64,000 nucleotides of DNA. Source: Camelus ferus. Lineage: Eukaryota. The stretch spans positions 118,484,001 to 118,548,000 of the forward strand of contig NC_045696.1 of assembly GCF_009834535.1 (NCBI RefSeq). The letters run 5' to 3'. This document shows positions 1 through 12,477 of this stretch, in pieces. The notes below the pieces were generated by a model. It did not search any database. It saw only the letters and a program-made list of their open reading frames with translations, and had not been told where the DNA came from. Positions within the stretch are counted from its first letter, which is position 1; each line of letters starts with the position of its first letter. A program made the position numbers and the translations under genes.

Positions 1-69
1 ATTATTTCAGTTTACTCAGTTAAATCCCTAACAGTGGGTGAGAGTTCCTAAAAATAGGGTGACTATTAA

Positions 70-1330
70 GTATTTAAGGGGCACTACCTCTGTCCTCAAG
101 AAGCTTACCGACTATTAGGAAAGACTGACGTAATTAATTTCAAACTAACATATCTGGTACTGAATAAGGGATCTGCATTCCAGGCAGAAGGAACAGCATG
201 AACAAGGCTAGGAAGTAAGAAACGGCTCAGTGGGGGGTTGTGGATGTGTTTTTATTTCTACAAGCTGTTTGGTATTCTTAGAGTGCAAAGGGAGAGTGAC
301 TAACCGGCTGTGAGCCTGAAGACATGAACAGGAATGGGACCACAATGAGAGTCTTAATGCTGTAGGTGATGGGACGCTGTTGAAAGGTTCAGAGCAGGAG
401 AAGTCTGGTCAGTTTTAGATCACTCCGGCAGCACTGTGGAAATGCTAGACTTGAAGGAGACAAGATCAGAGCGAGGAAATCAGATGAAAGGTTATGACCA
501 TAGTCCAGGAGGAAAATAATAGATTAAAGAGATCTTCAGAACTGAAGTCCGCATGTCTTAGTGATTAAATCTAATGGGCGAGGGTGAACTGGGGGTCTAA
601 CATGATCCCCGGCTTTGTGAGCTGACTGGCTGGGTAATACGTATAACTTGGCAGGAAATAGAAGGACCGGCAGGTTTTAGGAATGGATATGATTGAGTTT
701 GGGCCATGCTGAATCTGAGATGCCTGCAGGAAATCAGTACCTGAAGATGTGGAAAATAAAGCTCCCTGTCAGTATCAAGGCTGCAGGTTTATTTTTGCAA
801 ATGGTGAATAGGTATGTGTTAGTTAACACCACAGCAGTGGGTGTGATCTCCTAAGAACAGAGGGACTGCATATCCCAGTTTGTATGGCGAACAGTCTGGG
901 TTTACACCTTCTAGGAAGAGTAGGAATAGTTAACACTGCCCTTTTCCACTCTCAGAGGCATCCCATTAGGATCCTAAGCTTCGATGGTCTGTCTGCGCGA
1001 GGTGGTGCTCCCAGCAGGAGAACGTGGGCAGAGCTGAAACTCCATGTCTCTCATTGTCAGTATTTCAGAGGCACCAGAGAAGGAAGAGCTTGTGTTGTGA
1101 CCTCACAAAATTGTGTTCTCTGAGCTGAGAGAGGTAACATGGTCAGGAGTGCTGAGGTGCAGTAAGGCAAGCCTGGCAAAGCACCCCCAGACTTGGCCCC
1201 ATGGAGGGACAGGCTTTGGAGACCTTTGTCAGCGTGGACTCAGTGGGCTGGACAGGTGGAGCAGAGGCTGGGTTGGGGGGCTGAAGAATAACTGGACAGC
1301 TAAGAATTCTAATAGCCTTTTCTGCTATTT
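70..1330 (-). mobile_element. LINE-2 remnants
   Basis: Typical antisense L2 text such as gcagaaggaacagcatgaacaaggc and gagtttgggccatgctgaatctgagatgcct. Confidence 0.6.
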
Positions 1331-1689
1331 TTGTTGTTGTTTGTATGCATCACATTTTCAACTAAAAGTCAACTAAATAAAGAAGAATGCAGAGATAGCA
1401 AGCGCGAGTAATCTTTAAAGAAAGTCACTAGGGAAGGGAAGAGGAAGCTGTAAGGAGGGTCAGCGTGGGGTAGGGAGGGTTGGACGGCCGCCTTGGGGGT
1501 GAGACGGGGCGCCGGAGATGGGGTGAGCTGACGGAGATGTGTCCTTCTCAGCCCAGTCTGGGCAGCTCCTCCAGGGGTCAGCACTAGTCTTTTTTCCCCT
1601 CCTGTTCCAAGGATGGGATCTATGAAAAGATAAATTATCTTGTTTACTTGATGTTTTTCCTGTTTCTTACTCGTTCTTCACACCCACTC

Positions 1690-1790
1690 CTCCACCGCAG
1701 TGAGGGGATGGATTTTGTCTCAGTTTCCCTCCTGTATCCCAGCATCAGACCAGGCTGGGTACAGAGTAAATATTTTTTGAGTGAAATAGC
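1690..1790 (+). mobile_element. LINE-2 3' end fragment
   Basis: ctgtatcccagcatcagaccaggctgggtacagagtaaatattttttgagtgaa resembles the L2 terminus. Confidence 0.5.
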
Positions 1791-2554
1791 AGAAGAAACC
1801 AGGGCCCCGAGGCAGTGGGGCGAGGTCGTGGGTCCTGTGGAAGACTGGCCGTGGAACAGGCATGAAAGACAGTGCTGGTCTGGGCGGGTTTGGGGAGTAG
1901 GCCAGCTTATGGGCGAAGACAGACAAGGAGGTGCTCCATGCCTGATGAAGGACCGAGCGCAGCTGTCTGCAGGGGGCTCGGGGGGCGTCCCTGAGAAGTG
2001 TGGAGGGGTGGCTGACTAAGATGAGCTGTTGACCATCCTACAGAGACAGACAACGGGCAGTGGCACCAGACCTCAAGATTCTGTTTTCCCCGCCGTACTT
2101 GCCAAGCAAGATTCGAAGAGGGAGATCATGATCCAGGCTTCAAGGTGGCCCACGTCCAAATGAGCCAGGCAGACTGAGGGAGGCGGGAGGGCGGAGGGGC
2201 TGAGGACATTTCCTGAGTGGGTGAGGATGTGTTGGGAGGGCAGTGTGGCCAGGAGAAGACCGCTAGGATGTCAGAGTCCAGGGGTTACAGGGAGGGTGTG
2301 AAGCTGACAGCATCAGAGGTTGTGGTCAGACGGGGACGTGGAGCAGTTCTGGGTGTGACCTGGACGGTCAAAGTTCATGAAGGGGCGGTAGGTCCCTGGG
2401 GCGGTGGAAGGGTTGGCAGGGAGCTGAGCTGTCTGTCTGGTCCTCCATGGGCACCGTCCCGAGAATCATGAAAGGAAAAGATGGAGAAGCAGCACAGTGA
2501 GCCCGGCCGTGGAAACATCAAATAAATGCAGAAGAGTGGCCAAGAAAACAACTG

Positions 2555-2650
2555 CCATTCAGTCATTCATTCAAGGAGTCAGCCATTCAACCAGCATTTA
2601 CTGAGTGCCTCCCATTTGCCAGCAACCGTGGTGCCCACATGACAGTAACG
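2555..2650 (-). mobile_element. LINE-2 3' end
   Basis: cattcattcaa...cagcatttactgagtgcctccc. Confidence 0.55.
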
Positions 2651-3443
2651 AAGGGGCGGGGTGGGAGGAGAGCTGCATGGCGTGAGCTTCAGATGACGAG
2701 GGAGTGATAGGGAGCAGTGGTTTGGGGACAGAATCAGGGAGCGAGGCAGCGTCCCCCCACCCCACCTCAGGGCTGGAGGTTGCACGGGCAGCAGTGGTCA
2801 GGAGGGCTGGGCTCAAGGGGAAAGGCGTTGTTCCTCAGGGACAAGCACTCGGAGGGAGAAAAGGAGCCGGAAGAAGACACAGAACAGGATCAGGTGGAAC
2901 GCGTGGAAGGGCAGTGCTAATAAATGCGCTTGCATCTTAGGCCATGGTCAAGAACAGGAGGACAGCCTCAGCATTCCACATGCAACATTGGTGTCACATT
3001 TTTATTCCGTCTCTCTGGATTTGAACTCATAATGCCCTGCCTGGGGCACCCAGGGTGATGTCCAGTTACACCCGGTAGTTTTCAAGCTCATTCGCTCAAA
3101 AAGTTGCAACTCAACACCGCTGTGCCATGCTCTGGGCACCACATGTGTTCTTTTGGAGCTATAGGTGATGTATTTGTAGCTCAAAGCATGACACACTTGG
3201 GGAAACTAACTGAGCCTTCTTTCAGTGACAGTAGTCCTCACTGGGGGTCCATGCCTCCCTGGGGTTCAGTGGAGGGCTTCCAAGGGCCTGTCATCATCTT
3301 GATGCTGTTCGTTTCCCTGAGTCAAGGGTGTGTATTTTCATCATCTTCTCAAAGGAATATCTAACCCCCCGCCAAAAGAAGAGGTTAAGATTCACTGTAT
3401 CCAGTTCAAAATCCTGATTTTTATAGGCACAGATAATGAGGAC

Positions 3444-3985
3444 TGTTATGGATTGAACTGCGTCCCCCAAAAAGATACACTGAAGTCCTAACCCCTGGTG
3501 CTTCACAGTATGATATGACCTTACTTGGAGACAGGTTGGTGCAGGTGTAATTAGTTAAGATGAGATCGTACTGGAGTAGGGCGGGCCTCTCATGCAGTAT
3601 GAGTGGTGTCCCTGTAAGAAGCAGAAAATTTGGACACAGACGTGCGCAGAGAAGACAGCGTGAAGACACCAGGGGAGGATGATGCCGTGTGAAGACGGGA
3701 CAGAGGTTGCGCCCACAAGCCGAGGAGTGGCGAGGGTCCCCAGCCTCACCGGAAGCTGGGAGGACGGCCTAGAACAGGCTCTCCCTCAGAAGGTGCAAAC
3801 CCTGCCCACGCTGGGAGCTGGAAGAGACCTGGACGGAGTCGTCCCTACAGCTTTGAGAGGGACCGCGGCCCTGCCAAGACTTTGATTTCAGACTTTTCGA
3901 CTCCAGAACTGTTAGCTGTTGCTTCTCTGTTGTTTCATACCGTCCAGTACTGGTGCTTTGTTACAGCCGCCCTAGCAGACGAGCA
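3444..3985 (+). mobile_element. MaLR solo LTR (MLT1B/C-like)
   Basis: Starts tgttatggattgaactgcgtcccccaaaa, contains gtaattagttaagatgag, ends tttgttacagccgccctagcagacgagca. Confidence 0.85.
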
Positions 3986-4189
3986 GCGCCCCTGGCAGTT
4001 GAGTGACTCAGAACAGTCACCTGTGGGGTCAGATCCCAGTGTCCCTCTCGGTTCTCATTCTGCTCTCCTCATATTTAACTTTTAGCAAAAGTAGTCTTAC
4101 AATTTTCTTCATTCACCTTGAACAAATTTTCATTCTCCTGGGAAGCAATGCAGTCAGACAAGTGTAGTATTTAACCACTTAATACATTT

Positions 4190-4485
4190 CTTTTTTTTAA
4201 TTCTTTTTAATTGAAGTATACTTGTTTTACAATGCTGTGTTAGTTTCTGGTGTCCAGCACAGTGATTCAGTTATACATATATATTCCTTTTCATATGCTT
4301 TTTCACTATAGGCCATTACAAGGTATTGAATATAGTTCACCATGTTATACAGTAAGATCTTGCTGTTTACCTATTTTATATATAGTAGTTAGTACCTGCA
4401 ATTCAGGAACTCCTGATTTATCCCTCCACCACCCTCCTTTCCCCTGGTAACAATAAGTTTGTTTTCTATGGCTGTGAGTCTGTCA
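4190..4485 (-). mobile_element. L1 3' end (artiodactyl/camelid type)
   Basis: Poly-T followed by aattgaagtatacttgttttacaatgctgtgttagtttctggtgtccagcacagtgattcag. Confidence 0.85.
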
Positions 4486-4914
4486 TTTCTTTGAAATGGC
4501 ACATTCTTTATGAGGCCTCAGAGGTGGAGCCCAACGTCCGTATTTAGAGGTTGGGAAGCCAGCTCTGGACACAAGGCTGGTGACAGACAGATGGTCCTGG
4601 CATCACCTCTTCCATCCCTCAAACCGTGCCTCAATTTTATTAAGTAAAAGTAAAATTTCACATTGGGGAAAAAAAAACAGTATGAAAATTATCTGTACAG
4701 ATTTTAAAAGTTACCTTTGAAATGATTGTCAAGTGGCTGCTCTTCAAACGAGACTTTTGCTTTACCAACAATACATACAGAGCAGGATTAGTATAAATAG
4801 AATGATCCCCAAGCAGTGTAATCATACTAGCAACATGTTTACTTTCTTATATGTTCAAAGCAGTCCTTTTTGGATTCTTTGCTGGATTATGTGGGTTAAG
4901 ACTGTGCAAAAATA

Positions 4915-5508
4915 CTGTATACGATAGCCCAGACACGGAAGCAACTTAAATGTCCATCGACAGATGACTGGATAAAGAAGTAGTGGTGTGTTTACACAAT
5001 GGAATACTGCTCAGCCATAAAAAAGAATAAAATAATACCGTTTGTGACAACATGGATGGACCTAGAGATGGTCATTCTAAGTAAAGTAAGCCAGAAAGAG
5101 AAAGAAAAATACCGTATGATATCACTCACATGTGGAATCTTAAAAAAAAAAAAAAAAAGGCACTATGAACTCATCTGCAGAACAGAAACAGACTTGCAGA
5201 CATGGTAAACAATCATGGTTACCCGGGAAAGGGGGTGGGAAGGGATAAATCTGGGAGTTTGAGATTTACAAATGTTAGCCACAATATATAAGAATAGATT
5301 TTAAGAAAAGTTTCTTCTGTAGAGCACAGAGAACTATGTTCAATATCTTGTAATAACTGTTAATGAAAAAGAATATGAAAACTAACATATGTACTTACAT
5401 GCATGACTGGGACATTGTGCTGTACACTAGAAATTGACACATTGTAATTGTACTTCAATTTAAAAAAATTAAAATGAAATTCGTACGTCATCAAAACAAC
5501 AACAAGAA
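4915..5508 (+). mobile_element. 5'-truncated L1 (ORF2 end, 3' UTR, A-tail) with target-site duplication
   Basis: Peptide MEYCSAIKKNKIIPFVTTWMDLE is the L1 ORF2 C-terminus. Flanked by AAGACTGTGCAAAAATA (4898-4914) and AAGACTATGTGCAAAAAATA (5509-5528). Confidence 0.9.
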
Positions 5509-6954
5509 AAGACTATGTGCAAAAAATAAAGTTAGGAGATAAGGAATTGACGTCACCAACCATTACTCCTACCACATTGTTTCTACTGACCGACTTCACA
5601 CTGTATCTCACTCATGTGTTTCCTCCTCCCCCTGGCTCTATGTCCCTAAGTCTCACTCCTGGTTCATGCCTGGGGTAAGGTCGCTTTCCCCCAGCCTCCC
5701 CTTATAATTCTTGCCCTCACCAATCGCTCACGTTTACAGTCCTGTAGGGTTTTACTCAGGACCACTCAGGGCAGCGTGTTTAATTAGATGTTGTTCTTCC
5801 TGAGCGTGTGAGTCCCATCTCCCCAACCAGACTGCACACTCCTCAGGACTAGGACCACTGCTCCGGGTCTTCCCTGCCCCTCAGAGCATCAGAAGCTTTT
5901 CATGTGGTCATTTCGCATCCGGGGTGACCCCGGATGGAAGAGCCCCTGAGACCGGGGGTGGGGGGCATAAATTTGTGTGCCGTCGCTGCTGAGAGGACAG
6001 GCGCCCGGAAGCTTTTTTCCACGTGGCTTTTTTAAAGAAAGCTTTGTCTACTTAAATTAAGTACGTAAAGTTTTTACATCCTTTTATTTATTTAAACTTT
6101 TGTTTTCCACTAGTATCAAAGAAAAACATTTTCTCTCATTTACCATGTCACATACCTTTTTGTCTTGTAGATTGTATTAATAGCTAAAACATTATAATCA
6201 TATCCATTTAACAGCAGGTTTTCCTAACCCAAAAGCCTCTCTCAAATGTTTATTGTCTCTTTTAATTTACTTCCTCTCTGAACACTTTGTAAATGGAAAA
6301 GTTTCCTTTTGGCATTTCTGCCCGCTTCCTGCCTTGTTTCCCAGCCAGCGTTGGCATGTTACAGCACGTTAATTTTTCCTGGGTTTTCTGTAGGGGTCTC
6401 TTTAAGTCATTTCTTGGCCTGGCCTGGTGTGGCTGTTTTCGTTTGTGGTTTAAAACATCGTTCCTTTTTATTTCGTTTTAGATCTCTACTTACTCCTCAG
6501 CCACTGTCTCTCTGCCCGTGTTTCCATCTGTCCTGCCGCAGAATTTCTATTTCTTTATTTTCTCGTTAAGAGCATGTTCAACATTATACTGATGTCACAG
6601 TACAGTCTATTTCAGCTACAAATTGAATTGATTTCTTTTCTGAAAAAGCTTTACCCAAAGTCAAGCTAGAAACAAACTCTCTCAAATCACATAGCGACAT
6701 GCCACAGAGTTTTTATCAAAAGCACAAATTGGTGGTCTTATTTTTGAAGGAATGTTTAGCAGTTCCTGACTGCCAACATGCTTCCCTCTCAGACATTAAA
6801 TAGTGTCAGTCATTTTTGTGACCATCTCAGATGTAGATATAAATGGACCCTTTGGGCTACAAATGTACCATTTGTAATACTTTACATTTTAGTTTTAAAA
6901 TCTTTTAAAATTTCACTAATGTAGGCTGACACAGACCAGAATAGCATATTGTCT

Positions 6955-7664
6955 TTTTTTGTTTTTTAATGTTTAGATTTTTTTTTTTTAAAAGCAGACT
7001 TTATTTTTTAGGGAATTTGCAGGCTCACTTCCCACATCCCCCCGCCCCCACATCCACATCCACATCCCTCTCCTCACCACAGGCGTCCATCTGTTACAGG
7101 GGCTGAACCTGCCCTGGCCCATCGTCATCACCCAGGGTCCGCGGTTGGCTGTACAGTTCGCTTGTGGTGGGACATTCTGTGGGTTTGGACGAATGTATGA
7201 CACTTATTCACCATTATGGTGTCATACAGAGTGACCCCCCTGCCCTGCAGTCTTCTGTGCTCCACCCATTCATCTTTCCCGCCCTCTAACCCGAGACGAC
7301 CACTGATGTTTTTATTGTCTCCATGGTTTTACCTTTTCCAGAATGAAGTGTAGTTGAATGATACAGTGTGTAGCCATTTCTGATTAGCTTCTTTCACTTA
7401 GTACTGTGGCTCCGAAGTTTGCTTCATGTCTTTCATGGCTTGACAGCTCATTTCTTTTTTAATGCAGAATAATATTCCATGGTCTGGATGTATTACAGTT
7501 TATTTATCCACTCACCTAACGAAGGACATCTTGGTTGCCTCTGAGTTTTGGCGACTATTAATAAGACTGCTGTAAGTTTCAGTGTGCAGGGTTTTGTGTG
7601 GACGTAAATTTTCATTTCATTTGGACAGAGACCGAGGAGCACAGTTTCTGGATCGTCTGGTAAA
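6955..7664 (-). mobile_element. L1MC-like 3' portion, resumes at about 8781-8910
   Basis: gactttattttttag..., ttagcttctttcacttagt..., tttatccactcacctaacgaaggacatcttggttg. Confidence 0.8.
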
Positions 7665-8780
7665 TGTCAGGGGCTCAGCTGAGCCGGGCAGGAGAGAGCC
7701 GAGCTTCCGGGCATCAGAGTAGCCAATTACAGCAGCAAGCCAGAGATGAAAGAGTTAAGGCTTTAGTCGCTTGCTGTGGTGGTGTAAATAAGCAGGAGTC
7801 CAAACCTGGAGAAAGCACCGAGTCCCTCTGCTCCCTTTCACCCACGGAGGGGCGCACCGGTCTAGGGTCAGGCGATCAGCACAGGCGTGAGGTCTCCCTG
7901 TGGAAGGAGCCCTGAACAGAAAAGGCTGGCAGTTACGTGGACCCGGACGTGGAGGGGTGTCATAGGGCCGGAGAAGAGGTGGAAGGGCCAGGAGTGGAAA
8001 AGTACCGGGTAGTAAGTCAGACGGGGAAACGTCTTCAGGTTTCCCTCTCCCGGAGACGCCCCTGCCCAGGGCCTCAGATGGAGAGATCTCGAACGCAGGC
8101 TCCAGGGCCAGGAATATAAACACGTGAAAGATCCGGACCGGATAAGCTGGCCTGAGACCTTGACTCAGCTCCTTTCGGAGAGTCCAGTGCACGGGCTGTG
8201 CACCCAGCCTGCTGTGGGGAGGGCATTTCTCCCTGTGAGGCCTGTCAGGGCAAGACTTTGTATTGGGGTTCTCCAGAGAAAAAGAACCAGCAGGATGGAG
8301 GGGGCATATAAGAGATTTCCTATAGGAATTGGCTCGCACAGTCATGGGGGCACGGAAGTCCCATGGCTGGCTGTCTGCATGGTGGGACTCAGGAGAGTCA
8401 CTGGCATAACTCAGTCCACGACTGAGGGCCTGGGACCCAGGGTGCTGGTGGGGTAAGTCCCAGAACCCCAAGACCTGAGAACCAGGAACTCCAGTATCCC
8501 AGAGCAGAGGAAAATGGACATCCGAGCTCAAGGAGGGGAGAATTCAGCCTTCCTCTGCCTTTTTGTTCCACGTGGGCCCCCAGCAGGTTGGATGATGCCC
8601 CCTCACATTGGCAAGGGTGGGTCTCTTCATTTATCTCCTGAATCCAGGGCTCACCTCTCCCAGGCACACACTCACAGTCGCGCCTGGAAGTAATGTGTCA
8701 GGCCCATCAGGTTGAAAATACAAAATGAGCTGTCATACCTTTCTAATTGCCTATGGTCAGGCCTGAAGAATCATGCACCA
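7665..8780. mobile_element. LTR-like element of uncertain family, inserted in the L1 and interrupted by an MLT2
   Basis: Abrupt TG-start junction in the L1 at 7665. LTR-like composition. L1 sequence resumes at about 8781. Confidence 0.45.
8259..8737 (-). mobile_element. ERVL MLT2 solo LTR
   Basis: tgtattggggttctccagagaaa...aggaattggctcgcacagtcatgg...ggcccatcaggttgaaaatacaaaatgagctgtcata is the reverse of the MLT2 ends. Confidence 0.85.
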
Positions 8781-9459
8781 CCTTCCAAAATGGCTGGACC
8801 ACCAGCGACGAATGAAAATTCCCATGGCTCCACATTGTCACCACCAACACTTGGTGGTGTCCGTGTTTTGGATTTGGGCCATTCTAATGTGTCACATTGT
8901 CTTTTTAATGTCTATTTTGTGCCTCAAAATAGTTTTAATTTAATGCTTTTAATTATTTTCCTACTGAAATTCTATGTCATGTTCAAAACAGTTGATGCCC
9001 CATTCTGGCCGTCTATAAAGGGAAGAAGCGGTCTTACCTCCTGGGTCCATAGTCTTCCCCTTCCACGTGCTAACTCCCCACTCCTCATTTTCCTGTTGCC
9101 CTAGAAAGCAGTATGACAGATGGATTCAGGAACTGTAGGACACCTTTTATGGGCAAAAGCCAACAAAATTACATGCATGATTGGAATCTTCCCCAGGAAT
9201 ATTCAAGATTCCATGTCCATCTGTTGCTGCCAACGAGAATGTGAGTGGTCCTGCAAGGTGACTGGGGCCATCCTCTCTGATGATCAGAGCAAGGAAGACG
9301 GTGACCTTTGTTTTCCTGACTCCTTATGTCCCCAGGTTTCTCCACCCAGTTGCCTCCCCACCTAGATTCTTCTTCCCCTTCAATTCACCTTCCCTGGTGC
9401 CAAGTAGAAATGTCATTCAAGTGATTAAGGATATTAGGTATGATATTTTTAAATTCCTG

Positions 9460-11550
9460 CATTTACCTCCATTGTTCCTGAAACCCCAGTGAAATAGCAT
9501 GAACCTATAGGACACATAGAATTGGGAAGGAGATTACAGCAGTTCTGGAAGCAGGAAAACAGATGGATGAGTGAGAACTGACTTAGCAGATCTAGGAAAG
9601 CTGCATGCAAACTTGATAATGGAGGAAGCCGAGGAATAACCCGTACCCCTACGAGTGTGGGAACTGGCAGTGCTGGTACTTCCGGAAGCTGGTAGGGGGA
9701 AGGAAGGAGTTAAGACTGAAAAATGAGAACTGGTTGAAAGTCTGTTTAAGAAGCAGTCATGCTCAGATCTCCAACCTTTACGTTCAGGGTTTGTCCCTGG
9801 AGACGGTAAAGTGGAGGGTCTCTGAACCAGGACTCAGGGAATTTCAGTGACTGATGAGCCACTGGGGTCTTCCTCCTCAGGACTCTGGAGCCATATTGTC
9901 CCCCTCCAGGAAGAAGCGTGGGAGAATCTTCTCTGGGGGAATCTAATCAGCCCAAGAGAAAAGGCCTAACAGTCCAGGCTCAGGGGATGCCCGAGAACGC
10001 ACTGTGTCAGCCCCAGCGTCCACAGACACACCCGTCCATGTGCACACAGCTTCCCTTTGTCCTGCCCGACTCTCACACGTGCTAGTCTGAAATAGTAGAT
10101 AGTCTGAAATCACCAGACACTTGAGAAGAGCATCACAACAAAAGCAGAGATCTAGACAGGCAACCAGGAAAAATCCACTTGGAGGACACAGAGACTGCTC
10201 AGGGAGGAGAAGCCTTCTCAGAGAGCTGAGAAATATGTAATTCAGAGGAAGCAGTGTGATTGAAAATTAAACTATCATGAAAATACATGGTTAGAATATA
10301 AAATAGAGAAAATGTCCCAGAGAGAAGCACTTGAAACAGGAAGAAAAGAAAGAAAATCAGGCCAGGAGACCCATCATCTAGCTAATGCAATTTCTTTAAA
10401 AAAAAAAATTTAAAAAGTAAGGGAGGAAGTAGGGAAAGAAGTAAAAGAAAGAAATAACAAACACAAAATCAACAAAAAGCAGAAGGGAGAAAATTATCAA
10501 AGAAACAAAGAGAAATTTCTAGTTCAACATAAGAACATGAGTTTCTCAATTGAAAGGGCCCATTATATGTGAAAACAGATGCAAACCAAGGTGTTTATTC
10601 ATAGTCAGTTTACAGACCAGTGGGGGAAAGAGAAGAGAAAGCAGGTCACGTAAAGGATTAGGACTAAGAAAGGTTTGAGACTTTTCAGCTGAAAGCCAGA
10701 AAACTCTGGAAGAGTGCCCCCAACATTCTGAGGGAAAAGTATTTCCAACCTGGAGTTCTGTACCTAACCAGACTGTTAATTAATGTCAAAATAAAATCTT
10801 TCAAGCAGAGAGGGTTTCAAAAAATTCCTGTCCTGTGCATAAAGCTTTTGGAGGCATGTGCTCCACAAAAATGAGGGAATAAAGCAAGAAAGAAGCAGCT
10901 CGTTCTTCCAGGAAATGAGGATGCAGCACTTGCAAGAGGTGAGGGACACCCCCAAGGCCAGAGGCCTCGTGAACGGTTTCAAAGGAAGGAAGGAAGGAAA
11001 TTGACAAAATACCTAAATTTTTTTAAAGTATTAAGAGGAGATGTATATGACTAAGAAAGCATTAAGATTAAATTAATGTTAAATATATACACAGCAAAGC
11101 AAATGAAAAAGTAGGCACTTATAAACTCCAGGAAAAAGAAGAGGCTTTACAAGAAAGGAAGGGTAGTCATGATGCAGGGAATTGTTCAGCTGTGATATCA
11201 CTTCCTGGTTATAGGAATGAAAACTGTAAAAATTGTTCTAACCAAAATTTTGATATAACTTCATGGGGGAGAGAGGAAGGTGCTGTGGAGGTTGGTGGAG
11301 GGTTGAGGTTCAGTGCTGAGGATGAGTTAAAGCTTCTTGAATGGGCCGTCAGCAGACACATTTCAAATAAGAATTAGTAACATCATCATGTTCTTTTCAC
11401 AATATGGAAGGTAATTTTTTTTAATCAGCTAAAAGAAAGCAAGTGCCTCTGGGGAGTAGGAAATAGGGGACGGGAGACAGCATGTACTTTTTTCATAACC
11501 AGACTTATGGAATGATTTGCCTCTTTAAACCATGCACATAAAATAAAACC
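9460..11550 (+). mobile_element. HAL1 (half-L1, ORF1-only element), largely complete remnant
   Basis: 5' motif ggaagcaggaaaacagatggatgagtgagaactgacttagcaga, ORF1-like region at 10490-10860, and 3' end tttttcataacc...ctttaaaccatgcacataaaataaaa. No ORF2 sequence. Confidence 0.7.
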
Positions 11551-11649
11551 TGTGTTTAAAACTTGCACAAAGAAATAATTAAAAGTGGCTGTATTCTTTA
11601 AGTAGCCTTATATAAATTTGTTAATATTTTTATTGATAATTTCTTATTG

Positions 11650-12280
11650 TCTGATTTGCCTTTTCCATCTCTCATCAGCACACACTCCCCAGGTTGAATC
11701 ACATACAAAGACCTATCCATTTTTCCAGCCATGTCTGTCCACTGTCCGCTCTGCCCCTTCCTTACTTCAGGTGTGCAGCTTCTCTGCCAGGTAGCATCAC
11801 TGGACACTTGACCAGCCCCTCGCCTCTGGTCCCTCGTCCCCTCCCTCCCACTGTCACCTTACTCCAGCATCGGCCGTTCTGAAACACAGATCTGACCACA
11901 TTACTTACATTCCCCCAGCGAATGCTCACAAATGCAGAGAAAAATCTAAACTCTGCACCCTGTGTATCAGCACGGCCTGCTTTCCCCCTGCATTCTCTGC
12001 TCTCCCCAGCACCCCGGCGTCCTGCCTCCCTTCGCTGGCACACGCTGTGGGCCGGCACCCTGACCGCCCTGCCGGCTTCCCCTGCTCCAGGAGCTGTCAC
12101 AGCTCTTAGCTGTGCCATGGCCATCAGCCCTGTCCTGCTGCAGTTAGTGTCATGTTCCTCTTCCACTGGAATACGAAGAGAAAGTTGGAATTGTGCCTTA
12201 TTTCTTGTCGTGTCCTTGGGACCCAACTCAGTATATGGGATAAAATAGGTTTTTAATAAATGTTTGTTAAATGAGTGAAT
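11650..12280 (+). mobile_element. LINE-2 3' portion
   Basis: ctgaaacacagatctgaccaca... ending taataaatgtttgttaaatgagtgaat. Confidence 0.7.
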
Positions 12281-12415
12281 ATACAAAGTCTGACAAAGAG
12301 AAAGGGGTGTTGTCAAGACTTCTTAAATATCTTCTGTACTTCAGCCATTTCTACTGACAGATCTTATTTCTGAGTAGGGCATTAAGAAGCACTAAGCTTA
12401 ATGAAGTAAAAAAAA

Positions 12416-12420
<5 letters not shown>

Positions 12421-12477
<57 letters not shown>
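12421..12477. repeat. (TA)n microsatellite
   Basis: About 28 TA units with one interruption. Confidence 0.97.

Noticed and set aside
7755..8531. 258-aa ORF
   Set aside because: Spans two LTR remnants and resembles no protein I recognise.
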